From: Octopus vulgaris
Lineage: Eukaryota
Assembly (NCBI GenBank): GCA_951406725.2
Contig: OX597825.1
Location: 75,392,001-75,456,000, forward strand
DNA length: 64,000 nt
Direction: 5' to 3'
Shown here in pieces: positions 12,985-26,505 of the stretch (position 1 is its first letter; the number at the start of each line of letters is the position of its first letter). The notes beneath the pieces are model-generated. The model saw only the letters and a program-made list of their open reading frames with translations. It was not told the origin of the DNA and did no database searches. Made by a program: the position numbers and the translations under genes.

Positions 12985-14168
12985 GTTTGTGTGTAGGTAT
13001 GTTTGCTTAGTGGTTAGGGTATTTGACTCATGTTCATAAGGTCATGAGTTCAATTCTCACCAGCACGTCGTGTCCTCGAGCCAGATACTTAACTTCATGT
13101 TGGTCCAGTCCACTCAAATGAGTAGTACCTGTATTTCAAAGGGCCGACCTTATCCCATTCTGTCCCACGCTGAATAACCGAGTGCCAGTAATATATATGA
13201 ATGTATGCACACACACAAACACATATACATACATATTCTTATGAGTACATACACACATTTATGCATATACACATGCATGTGCAAACACGTGTCTGTTTGT
13301 GTGTTTGTGTATATGAAAAATGTTGACTGGAGATCCGTAATATTATCCATAAACACATCAATTAATTATCTTGGATTGGATTTTGTTAAAGACAGTTGTT
13401 GTTTTTCTTTCTTTTGCATTTGGTGGAAAGATCCAGACTTGTTTGACATTTACCTGACATCTGTGGGGAAAAGCTCTGTCACATAAATGTCCACTAATAG
13501 AAATGCTGCTGAAATGCCAAATGTCCCAAGAAAAGAAAAGCCTGTTGATGCCAATAAGGCAATGTCACTGTCTGAAATGAATAAATAAATTATTAAATAA
13601 ATAAATATAATAAAAGTTTTTAGTTCTTAGTATTGTTGTTAAATTAATAAATATATCCATATAAATATTTTTTTTAAAGAAATTAATGATATGCAAACTG
13701 TGAATATGCAAAAGATACAACACAAAATAATATTTGATATTATTGGGAAACTTGTTCAATTCCTGTGAAAAATAACGGGAAAATTATTTGGAAAACTACT
13801 GCAGTAACTGTCAAAAATGATGGGGTTTGTTTGGGAAGTTAGTGTAGGAGCTGTCAGAAATTATGGGATTTATTTGAGGAAACTTGTGCAGTGCCTGTCA
13901 AAATTAATGAGATTGTTCATGTATCATCTTCTACTTGTTTTAGTTATTGGACTGTGACCATGCTGGGGTACTGCCTTGAAGGGTTTTATTCAAACAAATC
14001 AATCACAGTACTTATTTTTTAAAGTCTGGTACTTACTCTTTTGGACTCTCTTTGCCAAACTACTGAGTTATGAGTATGCAAACTAACCAACATCGAGCAG
14101 TGATGGGGTGACAAACACTGACAAAATAGACACAACACGCACGCACACACACACACACACACACATAC

Positions 14169-14201
<33 letters not shown>

Positions 14202-14210
14202 TATGTATGT

Positions 14211-15146
14211 ATGTGTAAGCTCACAAGGAATGAAGCCAGTATGATCCGATGGATGTGTAATGTCAGTGTGCATACTCAACAGAGTGTAAGTACCTTGAGA
14301 GAAAAGTTGGACCTAAGAAGCATCAGATGTGGTGTGCAAGAGAGACGACTGCGCTGGTATGGTCATGTGGTGAGAATGGATGTGGATAGCTGTGTGAAAA
14401 AGTGCCACACCTTAGCAGTTGAGGGAACCTGTGGAAGAGGTAGATCCAGGAAGACCTGGGATGAGGTGGTGAAGCATGACCTTCAAACACTGGGCCTCAC
14501 CGAGGCAATGACTAGTGACCGGTACCTCTGGAAATATGCTGTGCTTGAGAAGACTTGGCAAGCGCAAGTGAGACCATAACCTTGTGGCCTATGCCAGGGG
14601 TATAACCAGTCCACTTATGAGTACCTTTCCTTCATTGGACACTAAACTCTGCTTGCGAAGACCAGTTGAGACAAGTGAAATCGAAGTCGAAATCAAACTC
14701 TGTGACTGGCATCGGTTGCTAGTGGAGCACTAAGAGTACCATACGAGTGAAATCATTGCCAGAGTAACAAGCTGGCCTTCGTGCCGATGGCACGTTAAAA
14801 ACACCATTTGAGCATGAGCATTACCTGCGTCGCCTTACTGGCACTTGTGCTGATGGCACGTGAAAACAAATATTCGAGTGAGGTCATTGCCAGTGCTGCT
14901 GGACTGGCTCATGTGCAGGTAGCACATAAAAAGCACCATTTGAGCATGGCCGTTGCCAGTACCACCAAACTGGCATTCGTGTCGGTGGCACGTAAAAGCA
15001 TCCACTACACTCTCGGAATGGTTGGCATTAGGAAGGGCATCCAGCTGCAGAAACTCTGTCAGATCAGATGGGAATCTGGTTCGCCAGACCTCAGTCAAAT
15101 CATCCAACCCCTGCCAGCATGGAAAGTGGACGTTAACTGATGATGA
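14211..15146 (+). mobile_element. 5'-truncated RTE-clade LINE (ORF2 C-terminus 14211-14579, 3'UTR, GAT tail)
   Basis: ORF contains RRLRWYGHVVRM...EGTCGRGRSRKTW...DRYLWK, characteristic of the RTE post-RT C-terminus; followed by the common GGAAGGGCATCCAGC tail. Confidence 0.85.
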
Positions 15147-15152
15147 TATATA

Positions 15153-15478
15153 TACTGCTCATGAAATTAATGTGTAAGTGGCTGAGCACTCCACAGACAC
15201 GTGTACCCTTAATGTAGTTCTCGGGGATATTCAGCGTGACACAGAGAGTGACAAGGCTGGCCCTTTGAAATACAGGTACAACAGAAACAGGAAGATAGAG
15301 TAAAAGAAAGTTGTGGTGAAAGAGTACAGCAGGGATCACCACCATCCCCTGCCGGAACCTCGTGGAGCTTTAGGTGTTTTCACTCAATAAACACTCACAA
15401 TGCCCGGTCTGGGAATCGAAACCGCGATCCTATGACCGCGAGTCCGCTGCCCTAACCACTGGGCCATTGCGCCTCCAC
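15153..15478 (-). mobile_element. tRNA-derived SINE family D
   Basis: Minus-strand head GGAGGCGCAATGGCCCAGTGGTTAGGGCAGCGGACTCGCGGTCATAGGATCGCGGTTTCGATTCCC (A and B boxes); body shared with ~13000-13190 and ~42370-42600. Confidence 0.75.
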
Positions 15479-15576
15479 TAAGAAGAATATATTATATATA
15501 TCAACAATAACAATAAGTATTATTATGAAGGTTCATAACATTATCTATAGTTCTTTTTATATAAACAGTTTTACAT

Positions 15577-15662
15577 AGATCTACAAATGTTTCAACTGCA
15601 CCAATTAACAACCATTGCAATTGCAATCCTACTATAATACCGGTGCAGTTTCTTCAGAATCT
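15577..15662 (-). ncRNA. Type I hammerhead ribozyme motif with long stem II
   Basis: Minus strand: AGATT-CTGAAGA-AACTGCACC...GGTGCAGTT-GAAA-CATTTG-TA-GATCT; perfect 9-bp stem II and 5-bp stem I. Confidence 0.6.
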
Positions 15663-16790
15663 TTACTTTATATTATATATGTGTGTGTATATATTGTTGC
15701 ATTTGTGTCTGTGTTTATCACCCTCACCCCTATAGCCCAACCACTGGTGTCGGTTTATTTATGCCTCCTTCACTTAGCAGTTCAGCAAAACAGATTAGTA
15801 ACATATATGTTTCAGATTTTAAAATGATTATGTAATGGGGTTGATTTGTTTGACAAAAACCCTTCAAGGAAGGTGCTCCAGCATGGCCACAGTTCAAAGA
15901 CTGAAACAAGTAAAAGATAAAAGATGTCTCTCATTATAAATGAAGCTAATTATTAAGAATTATGATTTTTTTTCCACTTTCATTCACTTCCGTCAGTGAA
16001 CAAAACTGGAACTAACATTTAATTCTACGATTCTTCAGTGGGAGAGAGAGAGAAAGAGAGGGGGGGAGAGAGAAAGAAAGAAAGAAAGAAAGAAAGATGC
16101 ATCACCTATGCCCTGTACAGGTTGGTATTTTATCCACCAACCCCAAGGAGATGGATAACAATGCTGACTTTGGCAGGATTTGAATTCTGAATTGCTGAGA
16201 TCTGGGGTGAATTCTGCAAAGCATTTAATCTGAAGCTCTCATGATATCACCAATTCAACACTATTTAGACCCCAGTGCCAATGGTAGGTGTGTTTGTCAA
16301 TGGCCTCTGCAGACTGACTCAATCAACCGGAATCCCGTTTTATAACAGTAACCAAGTATTTTATTGTCAAAATGACACCTCCCCTTCTTCTCTTCCTTTT
16401 TTTTACTTTTCTTCTTTATCACCCTCTTCGACTTGTACTCATGCAATTCAGTTATAGATTAATCAATGATCTTTTTCTTATCTCAATAAATATGACAGAA
16501 TAGTTTAAAGTGTGTCACACCATAAATAGCACAAATTGTATGGCATGTGCATTTAGATTTTCTGGGATATTTTTTCCTGATTCACATACTAACCATTCAC
16601 CATATTTGGTAATATGTTAATGCATTTATTAGCTTTTTTAACTTCTTATCAATGGCCTTAAATGGGGTTTTAAAGGTTAGAAATTAGATAATTTGTCAGA
16701 TAAGAGTAAAATATTTCAAACATATCAACTGCTCGTTTGAATCATAATTAGTCATAGCTGAGTGAATTTCATCAGCTTAGAAGATTGTAA

Positions 16791-17019
16791 GGGTGAGCTG
16801 GCAGAAACGTTAGCACGCCGGACGAAATGCTTAGCTGTATTTCATCTCCCGTTATGTTCTGAGTTCAAATTCCGCCGAGGTCGACTTTGCCTTTCATCCT
16901 TTCGGGGTCGATTAAATAAGTACTAGTTACGCACTGGGGTCAATGTAATTGACTTAATCCCTTTGTCTGTCCTTGTTTGTCTCCTCTATGTTTAACCCCT
17001 TGTGGGCAATAAAGAAATA
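16791..17019 (+). mobile_element. SINE family B with 15-bp TSD
   Basis: Same body as 8018-8245; AGAAGATTGTAAGGG at 16779-16793 and 17020-17034. Confidence 0.85.
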
Positions 17020-18529
17020 AGAAGATTGTAAGGGCTTTGAATGCATCGCTGTTTTATTTTTAAAAATTGTCATCTCTTTAGAATAAATAATTTCATTGAT
17101 CCAATGAAGTATTAAAATTAATGTGATCGATTTATGTTCTTTTCTATGCAATTGAAAGGAGTTATCTTAGCAAACAAAAATTGAAAGCAATTGTTTTTAT
17201 TAACAGCTTTATTGCAGATACAGGAATATGCATGCTAATCATGTTGACTTACCAATTCTGAGTTCATATCTATCACATTGCGAGGACTTTGTGGGACATT
17301 TAATTGTGTGTTCTAGACCCCAGTTGAACTGTGCAACCCATGCCAGCATGGAAAAACTGTTGTTAAATGATGATGGTGATGATGATGATGATGTTAAATG
17401 ATGATGGTGATGATGATGGTGATGGTGATGATGGTGATGGTGGTGGTGGTGGTGGTGGTGGTGGTGGTGGTGGCTCAACTAGTTTTCAAAAAACAGTCAG
17501 GTATATCAAAACTTCCAAGTGATTATGCCAAAAGAATTATAGTTTTAATTATGGACACACATGTGACTGTGGTTAGGAGGTTTGCTTCCCAACCACATAG
17601 TTTCATGTTCAGTTCTCCTGTATGGCACCTACCTTCTGTTGTAGCCCTGGACCAGCCAAAGCCTTGTGAGTGAATTTGGTACAATGGAAACTGAGAAAAG
17701 CCTGTCGAATATATGTGTGTGTGTCTGTGTCTTTGTGTGAAGTGTGTGTATGTTTGTGTCTCCTTGTGATGACAATTGTAAAATGAATATCACTGACATA
17801 TAAACAGTGTTATTCATTTTCAATATTCCGTGAAAACTTCTGGCCATGGTGGAAATATTACCTTGCTGGGAAACAGGTGAGGGTTGATGACAGGAAGGGC
17901 ATCTGGCTGTAAAAAAATCAGCTTCAGTAAACTCTGTCTGATCCATGCAAGCGTAGAAAAGCGGATGTTAAAATGATGTTGATGAATTACAACATTAAAC
18001 AGAAAAGCATTACTGGAGAGGATAATGGTAGACTTGATTACCTGCAACTGAGTGGCATCCTACCTAAGGAAAGTTGCATCTAGCCTCTGTTTATCATCAC
18101 AAAATTCAGAGCTAAGTCATGCGTTTATGAAATCTTTCCTGAACTTCAACACTTTAGCATTCAGGTTACTCTGTCAAATGTATATCTTTTTATTCACATT
18201 GGTTTGAATTAATCATGCATCATCTTGAGAGTTTGTGATGTTGATGATGTGATTGTTTATTTTTAGAGTGACGTTGTAGGGTAGATGTGAGAAGCTAGAC
18301 CTAACTGGTTTGGGCATAAAAATAGGTAGAAAATTAGGGCCAGACATGGCCTGTTCAAATGGTAAAGGGTTTAAAGCCGTGTGGATTAGAGGTGCTGAAC
18401 ACAGCTTTATTATTGTTGAGCAGATGTTTGCTTTAAAGTTGATCATAATTAAATTTAAACATTTTAACTTCAATCTATATCAGTCACATTTTGTAAAGTC
18501 ATATTCCAAACATCAATTTCATAATGAAT

Positions 18530-19481
18530 CATCATCATCATCGTTTAACGTCCGCTTTCCGCGCTAGCACGGGTTGGACGGTTCGACCGGGTCTGGGAAG
18601 CCAGGGGCCGCTCCAGGCTCCAGTCTGAATCTGGCAGAGTTTCTACGGCTGGATGCCCTTCCTAACGCCAACCACTCCGTGAGTGGATTGGGTGCTTTCA
18701 GTAATTATTTTACCATATTCTTTCAAAATCTTGATTAACTGTCAAACTATCCAATCCATGCCAGCTTGGTAAAAGGGGTACTAAATGATGATGATGATAT
18801 ACATATGTGTGTGTTTATTAGGGTTAGGGTTATGTTGTGCGATATACTTCACGATATACTGTGCTTGTGTTGACCTGTCAAGCCAAATGAGACCGTAGTC
18901 TTGACCGATGCCTGTGTCAGGTCACTGGCACCCATGCTAGTGGTACATAAAAATGCACCCATTATACTCTTGGAGTGGTTAGCATTAGGAAGGGCATCCA
19001 GCTGTAGAAATCTTACCAAATCAGATTGGAACCTGGTGCTGCCCACAGCTTACCAGTTTTCAGTCAAACCATCCAACCCATGCCAACATGGAATGTGGAT
19101 GTTAAACGGTAATGATGATATATATATAGACATCATCATCATCATCATCGTTTAACATCCGTTTTCCATGCTAGCATGGGTTAGACGGTTCGACTGGGGT
19201 CTGGGAAGCCAGGAGGCTGCACCAGGCTCCAGTCTGATCTGGCAGTGTTTCTACAGCTGGATGCCCTTCCTAACGCCATCCACTCCATGAGTGTAGTGGG
19301 TGCTTTTTAAGTGCCAGCAGCACAGGTGCCAGGGGAGGCTGGCAAACGGCCACGATCGGTTGGTACTTTTACGTGCCACCGACACAGACGCCAGTCAGGC
19401 GGCGCTGGCAACTGCCACATTCGGATGGTGCTTTTAACGTGTCACCAGCATGGGTATCTTAACTACAATTTCCATATATAT

Positions 19482-19529
<48 letters not shown>

Positions 19530-19780
19530 TCATCGTTTAATGTCTGTTTTTCATGCTTGCATGGTTTGGACAGTTTGACAGGGGCAGGCCAGCTGGGGAG
19601 CTGTTCAGACTTCAATTGTCTGTTGGGGCATGGTTTCTATGGCTGGGTGCCTTTCTTAATGCCAACCACTTTACAGAGTGTGCTGGGTGCTTTTTATGTG
19701 CCACTGACATGGGTGCATTTATGTCGCAATGGCATGAGTGCATTTTATGACACCAGCACCTGTAAAGGATGAACCTGTAT
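18530..19780. mobile_element. Cluster of RTE 3'-tail fragments in both orientations
   Basis: (CAT)n-CGTTTAACGTCCG..GGATGCCCTTCCTAACGCC motifs at ~18530, ~19132 and ~19527 (-), and ~18870-19118 (+). Confidence 0.7.
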
Positions 19781-21179
19781 GTATGGTTTTAGGATTTTGA
19801 TTCCGTTGCAGTGGGTGGGTCTTCTAGTGTACAGCAATGTACCACATACCATAGTCCAGCCAAGTGAAAAGGGTTTGTAGGTGAAAAATAATCAGGAATC
19901 ACTGTATTAAATCAATTAAATAAACACTTAAAAATCATTTAAATGCTAACAACTGTGTATTTCTCCCTCTGAGGGAATCTTAATTTGCTAGAAATAGCTA
20001 TCAAATCTCTCTCAAATTACACTCTACTGTTTTATAAAAGAATACAATGTACAACATGGTCGTGGGTGCATTTAACCAGGGAAATGTACATGGTGGTTAT
20101 GGATGGAATGCTTCTAATCACTGGTTGTTCAACCACAATTCGCTCGGGGCTAAACAGCAACAATAAAGACAACAATTTTCCTTGTATCTAGACAAAAATG
20201 AATATCATTCTTAATTTCAGTTAAGTCGGTGAGAAAGCAGAATTTATAGCAGGCTAGACAAAATACTCAATGGCATTTTGTTCATATTCACATTCTGAGT
20301 TCAAATTCTGCTGTGGTTGACTTTGCCTTTCATCCTTTCAGGGTAAAAAATGAATAAATAAATAAATAAATAAATAAATAAAAGAGCAATGGGGTCGATG
20401 CAGTTGACTAGTCCCCTCCCAGAAAATTTCAGGCTTTGCACCTATTGTAGAAAGGATTATTAGTTTCGATTTTGGCACAAGGCCAGCAATATGGGGGGAA
20501 GCAGGTAAGTTGATTACATTGAACCCAGTGATTAACTGTGGAAGCACATATGGCTTAGTGGTTCTGGTGTTGAACTCATAATTGTAAGATTGTGGTTTCA
20601 GTTCCTGGACTGGGTGACATGCTGTGTTCTTGAGCAAAACACTTCATTTCACATTGATCCAATCCACTCAGCTGGCAAAAAATGAGTAATCCTGCGACGG
20701 ATTAGTGCCCCATTCATGGCGATTCAGCATTACTTGTGAAGATAAGTTTTTATCTTATTAAGTGTTTAACTGGTACTTATTTTATCAACCTTGAAAAAGA
20801 TGAAAAATAAAATCAGCCTTAGTGGAATTTGAACTCAGAATATAAAGGCAGACAAAATGCCACTAAGCATTTAGACCAGCATGCTAAGGATTCTGCCAGC
20901 TTACCAACTTAATGAATGCTATTTAACTTCTCCTAAAGTGGTGAACTTGTAGAAGTGTGACTGCACCAGACAAAATGCATAGTGATATTTTGTCTGTCTT
21001 TACAGTTTGAGCTTAAATGCTACTGAAGTTTCATCCTTTTGGGATCAAGTACCAGCTTGGTACTGGGGTTGATGTAATTTACTAGTGCCCCTCCCCTAAA
21101 TTTCAGGCCTTGTATCTACTGTAGAAAGGATTATTAACAAGTCCCAGGGTGATCGGTTAGTAGAGTTCTGGACAGGAAT

Positions 21180-21742
21180 TTGCATCACCGGTCTGGAACC
21201 CCTATCTTGCCCAGGATATTAATTGTCTGGAAACCGTTCAGTGATGTGCAACCAAGAGAATACCCTCCATCAGGCATTTGCCATATTCTGAACGCCTTAC
21301 TTCCCTGGGCATGGATACATTGAAACTCCGATGTCTGGCAGCTGACTTGGCAGACACCCATAAAATTATTAACCATCTTACCAACAATAACTCTGAGCAC
21401 CTTTTCAAACTCCACCTGTCTAACACCCGTGGACATGTTTACTAAGTCAGAAAACAGCACAGCTCCCATGACTTTTGGAAACATTTTTTCACGCTAAGAG
21501 TTGCTAAAGTATGGAACAAACTGCTGGCACCAGTTGTTAGTTGTCGGAGCACTGTATCCTTCAAAACTTCCATGCTTCCTGAGATTCGCCAACACTACAC
21601 CTGATTTTCTCCCCTCCATACACACGCAAGCATGTATCTGACTCATACACTATTCACTTTCCAGACATTTGTACATTAATGCATATGCTTTATACGCACT
21701 TTAGACAAGTTGTGGTGCACCTGAGCACTGTATACAATAACT

Positions 21743-21776
<34 letters not shown>
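21180..21776 (+). mobile_element. CR1-clade LINE 3' fragment, degenerate, with (ATT)n tail
   Basis: Reverse complement of part of the 52926-53957 element; same 3'UTR and ATT tail. Confidence 0.85.
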
Positions 21777-21779
<3 letters not shown>

Positions 21780-22697
21780 AAATTAGTAGTAAAATGCTAT
21801 GGTTGGTTTAATTGATTAACCCCTGCTCCATAATTTGAGGTCTTGTGCCTACATTAGAGACAATTGTTAGTACTTCCTAGAGTGATAGACTTGTACAACC
21901 ACTACAGTGTTGGACCAAAAAGCCTTGTGGTATTTGTTTTGGCTCTTTGTATTCTGAGTTCAAATCTTGCTAAAGTCAACTATATTTTTCATCTTTCAGA
22001 GATGATAAAATAGAATATCAGTCAATGGAGGTGACTAACTCCCTTCCTTCAACACTGCTGGCTTTGTAGCTTAAAAACTATTATCATTAGCATGTCCAGA
22101 TCACTGAAGAAGTACAATGAAGGATTTAGTAAATAACTTTGTTATCATTAATTGGTGTCTGGAATGTAAATTAACATGAAATTTTGATAGGTTTTAATTT
22201 AGAATCCTTTATCTCTTTTCTTGCCATATTTCTGTTAAAATACACTGATTTTGTGTTAATCAGTTTTGAAAATAAAGAATTTGGTAAAATAACTGCTGTT
22301 ATTAAGCTGGTGTCTGGAAGATAAATTAATACGAAATTTCATTGGAAAGTTTTTATTTAAATAAATTAAACAGTTTTGTTACCATATTTCAGTTGAAATG
22401 CTGTTTTGTTTCAATAAATTTTTTAAAAAATGAATAATTTAATAAAATAACTAAGCTGGTACCTGGAACGTAAATAATCGTGAAATTTCAATGAAAGGTT
22501 TTAATCTAGATCACTTAAAAAAGGCAATTTATATCATTGAATTAGGTGTGGTTTCAGACAGGTTGGCCTCAAACAGGTTAAACAACAATGGTATAGCAAG
22601 AGGTTGAATGACTAATCGAACAATCAGTCACACTTGTCAAGGAATAATCATCACTTCTCACATGACAATCATACCATTGATGGCATGTGTAATCATT

Positions 22698-22935
22698 AAG
22701 GCGGCGAGCTGGCAGAAACGTTAACACGCTGGGAGAAATACTTAGCGGTATTTCGTCTGCCGCTACGCTACGTTCTGAGTTCAAATTCCGCTGAGGTCGA
22801 CTTTGCCTTTTGTCCTTTCAGGGTCCATTAAATAAGTACAAGTTACGCACTGGGGTCGATATAATCAACTTAATCCCTTTGTCTATCCTTGTTTGTCCTC
22901 TGTGTTTAGCCCCTCATAGGTAGTAAAGAAATAGG
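22698..22935 (+). mobile_element. SINE family B with TSD
   Basis: Same body as 8018-8245; TSD ATGTGTAATCATT. Confidence 0.85.
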
Positions 22936-23492
22936 TATGTGTAATCATTGTTCACTCAGGGGTGACCTGGGGCTAAACGACAACCTCCAAGAGTAAAAAT
23001 TCAGACACTACTTGTCTATAAATAAAGAACACCTCATGCGCATACTGACACAGATGCACGTACAATAGAGCAAAACAAGGCTGAGAGGGCAAACTACATC
23101 TTTTCCTCCTACTTCAGTCTAAACTTTAGTATTTAATTAATCTATTTTTGGGACAACAACCTTGATAAATCTGATCAAGCGTCAGATTAAACAGAGAAAT
23201 ACTTGACACAGAAATATTTGAAGTTAAAACTGATAGATAGTTCATTTATTTGTTTAAACACTGATAAATTAACTGCAAAAAAAGCAAAAAACAAAAAAAA
23301 CCCGTATAATACATAAATACATACATATGTATGTATGTATGTATGTATGTATGAATGTATGTATGTATGTATGTATGTATGTATGTATGTATGTATGTAT
23401 AGAAGGTGTCCATAAATTACTATTACAATAAAAAAAATAGGAAAAGAAGAAAATGAAAAATAAGGCAAACTCAGCGGAATTTATTGGAAAAC

Positions 23493-23942
23493 ATTGGCAA
23501 TAAAAAATCTCTGTACAAACTAGAGTAGCATCCACCCTTAGGAGTTAGCCATATTTAAATGGCAAATGTACGTCACGATGTGTTGTAGCTACTGTTTATA
23601 ACTCGCTCTGGGATTTAATATTGCTTGTTTACACTTTTTCGATATCAGTGTCTATCGATACTAGAAAAAGTATAAGTGTTTGTGAAGGGAACCTGCTTCT
23701 CATCAACAACTGCAATTGTCACACGCTGATGACGGGTCAGAAACTCAGAAACTCGAGTCCGTGTGTATCATAGGTTGAAGACAAGAAGGATGGCTTCCCT
23801 TTGCAAACACTGATAGGGCACAGAAAGTGTGTCTATGGCCAGCTGGAGGAGATGTCCTCGTGGGGCTACAAACTACAGTAGCATCCACCCTTAGGAGTTA
23901 GCCATATTTAAATGGCAAATGTACGTTATGATTGGCAATAAA
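23493..23942 (+). mobile_element. Retrozyme/Penelope-pLTR-like element: 353-nt unit plus ~65-bp terminal direct repeat, 12-bp TSD
   Basis: Direct repeats 23514-23579 and 23867-23932; TSD ATTGGCAATAAA at 23493-23504 and 23931-23942; internal hammerhead motif. Confidence 0.7.
23720..23765 (+). ncRNA. Minimal type I hammerhead ribozyme
   Basis: CACACG-CTGATGA-cGGGT cagaa ACTCa-GAAA-CTCGAG-TC-CGTGTG; 6-bp stem I, palindromic stem III ACTCGAGT, GUC cleavage site after 23759. Confidence 0.75.
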
Positions 23943-26062
23943 GTTTTGTTAGAAAAATTGGAAAACTTTCACATGGGCTCCATTTGTGTCAAAGAAGTTG
24001 ATTGATGAATCTCAGCTTTAACAGATACAATAAACTATGGAACATGTAAATATAATTTATGAACAATCTGCATCCATATGTATATGAATGTATGTATAGG
24101 TTTGCTCCAAAGTTGTATACGTACCTTAAAAGCTGATAACTCATTAAATTTTCATTTCTTTTTTAGAATTAACCCATTAGGAATAATTAAGGGAACAAAA
24201 CAAAACTTTCAACAGAGGAAATTTATCCTAAAGTAGTTCTATTGGAAATTTCAAAACAAGCCAAAGAAAGCTTAGGTAAGAGTTTCAAACAGATCCACTT
24301 ATGTCAGTAGCCATTACTGAAATTACAGATATGTTTAAAGCAGATGGAACTATTTAAAATGTGCACAATAAATGTTACAGGAGTCATTAACATACCCGCC
24401 AAAAAGGGTACTGGAAATATATTGCCAGAGTTAATGAAAATTTGTGCAGCGAGTGATGAGACAAGAATTTCAAAATCTAGCATCCTTCATATTTTTAAAG
24501 TCTGTCATTGCAAAAATTACATTCCAAGGACTGTCCACGCACTCGTGGAAGATGATTTGGGATGAAGATTGGAGCTTTGAAAATGATACTTGACAACTTG
24601 CTCACTTTCCAACAAAAATTGTTTGGAGTGATGAGAGAAAAATCGCATATTACAGCAAAACATCATATTAATTTTACCAGGAGTTACATATGGCACAACT
24701 TTTCATCAAAAAGATTAACCTTACTATTATAGGCACAAGGCCTGAAATTTTAGGGGAGGAGGCTAGTTGATTACATGGACCCCAGTGTGGAATTGGTACT
24801 TATTTCATTGACCCCAAAAAAGGGAAAGGCAAAGTCGACCTCAGCAGAATTTCTTTGGTCTTGTAAATCAGTACCAGAAATAACTTGATCTAGTCTCATC
24901 TTCTGCAGGGGCAGTCTGAGCGATTGGTCAATCAGGCATTGCCCGAAGGCTCGGAGCTTTGAGGGGCTCCACACTCTACATGTTAACTCTCTTTGATATC
25001 AATGCTAAGGGGCCCCGTGAACAGTTATGTCCGGGGCCCTTAATTCTCTCAGTCAGCCTTTGATCTTCTGTTTTTGTTTCTTCCAAGAGTTCTGCTGTGA
25101 ACTTTAGTCTTTTACTTATTTCAGACACTAAACTATGGCCATGCTTTTTTACCAAACCGCTAAATTAGAGGAACGTAAATAAACCAATATCGGTTAAGTA
25201 GTGATGGAAGACACGCACATACGTGCATATATGCGTACCATATGTACACTAGTGTAGCTAGGGGGTGGTAGGGCTGGCACTTTCAGGTCTGCTGTAGGCA
25301 ATATATGTTTTTTCTGGGTTCCTGAAGCGACAAACGGAAGGGCCGCTCCGGGTGGCACACACTTTAGCTACGCTAGTGCATACATACGTACATACATACA
25401 TGTACGATGGGATTCTTTCAGTTTCCGTCTACCAAATCCATTCAAAAACCTTTGTTTGGCCCGTACCTATGGTAAAAGAAACTTACTCAAGGCGCCGTGC
25501 AGTGAGACTGAACCCGGAATCATGTTGTTGGAAAGGAAACTTCTTAACCACACATATTTCCATAAGAACAACTGAAATCGGTTCAATGACAACATTCAAT
25601 CTCGATTTACTTATTTATGTATTTAACGTCCCTTTTTCTTGCTCATGCTAGCATGGATTGGCCGGGGATTTGTAGATGGTAATATTTTATGACTGGCTGC
25701 TCTTCCTGACACCAAAGAATTTCTTTGTATTCCACTCGTTTTCGAAAATGTAGTGTGACCGGTCGTAATGTCAACAAAGAGTTATAAATATTACATAATT
25801 GCTTTACTCAGTGAATATACACACGTCTTGTTGTATATTCACTGATGTAAAAACATGAGCAGGCTGAGATTTCCAGAGCCTCAACGTTTTGAGAAAGAAA
25901 TGCTGGGTATAATAAGAGATTAAGGCATGGTTTATAGGAGTGGACACTCACAAGAGTGGGGCGAGAAAGAGGGAGAGACGGGTAGGAAAGCCATTTCATT
26001 CTCATTTCATTTATATTCATAATTCATTCGTTTTCATGTACCCCATGTATTGTTTTATATTT

Positions 26063-26289
26063 TTTTATTGCCCACAAGGGCTAAACATAGAAGGGACAAA
26101 CAAGGACAGACAAAGGGATTAAGCCGGTTATATCGACCCCAGTGCGTAACTGGGGCTTAATTTATTGACCCCGAAAGGATGAAAGGCAAAGTCGACCTCG
26201 GCGGAATTTGAACTCAGAACGTAACGGCAGACGAAATACCGCTAAGTATTTCGCCCAGCGTACTAACGTTTCTGCCAGCTCGCCGCCTT
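26063..26289 (-). mobile_element. SINE family B with TSD
   Basis: Reverse complement of the family B sequence; TSD TACCCCATGT(A/T)TTGTTTT. Confidence 0.85.
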
Positions 26290-26379
26290 CAATACCCCAT
26301 GTTTTGTTTTGTCTGTTCTTGTGGTGTCCCCTCTTTATACAGCCCATGTGCCTAAATAAAAGAAAAAGAGAAAGAGGGA

Positions 26380-26381
26380 CA

Positions 26382-26427
<46 letters not shown>

Positions 26428-26439
26428 CAGAGAGACAGA

Positions 26440-26505
<66 letters not shown>
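26380..26505. repeat. (TA)n-(GA)n microsatellite
   Basis: Direct reading. Confidence 0.9.

Larger units (their letters stand above)
23400..24715 (+). mobile_element. Highly degenerate Tc1/mariner-like transposon remnant, interrupted by the hammerhead element
   Basis: TIR-like AAGGTGTCCATAAATT at ~23403; disrupted frame ~24450-24640 reads ETRISKSSILHIFK..YIPRTVHALVEDD..FPTKIVWSDE, including the first catalytic Asp motif. Confidence 0.5.

Noticed and set aside
15403-15478. tRNA-like sequence on the minus strand
   Set aside because: It is the head of a repeated SINE, continuous with the SINE body, with no proper acceptor stem.
16700-16780. Minus-strand CTGATGA...GAAATATTTT hammerhead-like pattern
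   Set aside because: Stems I and II need several bulges; at best a very decayed copy.
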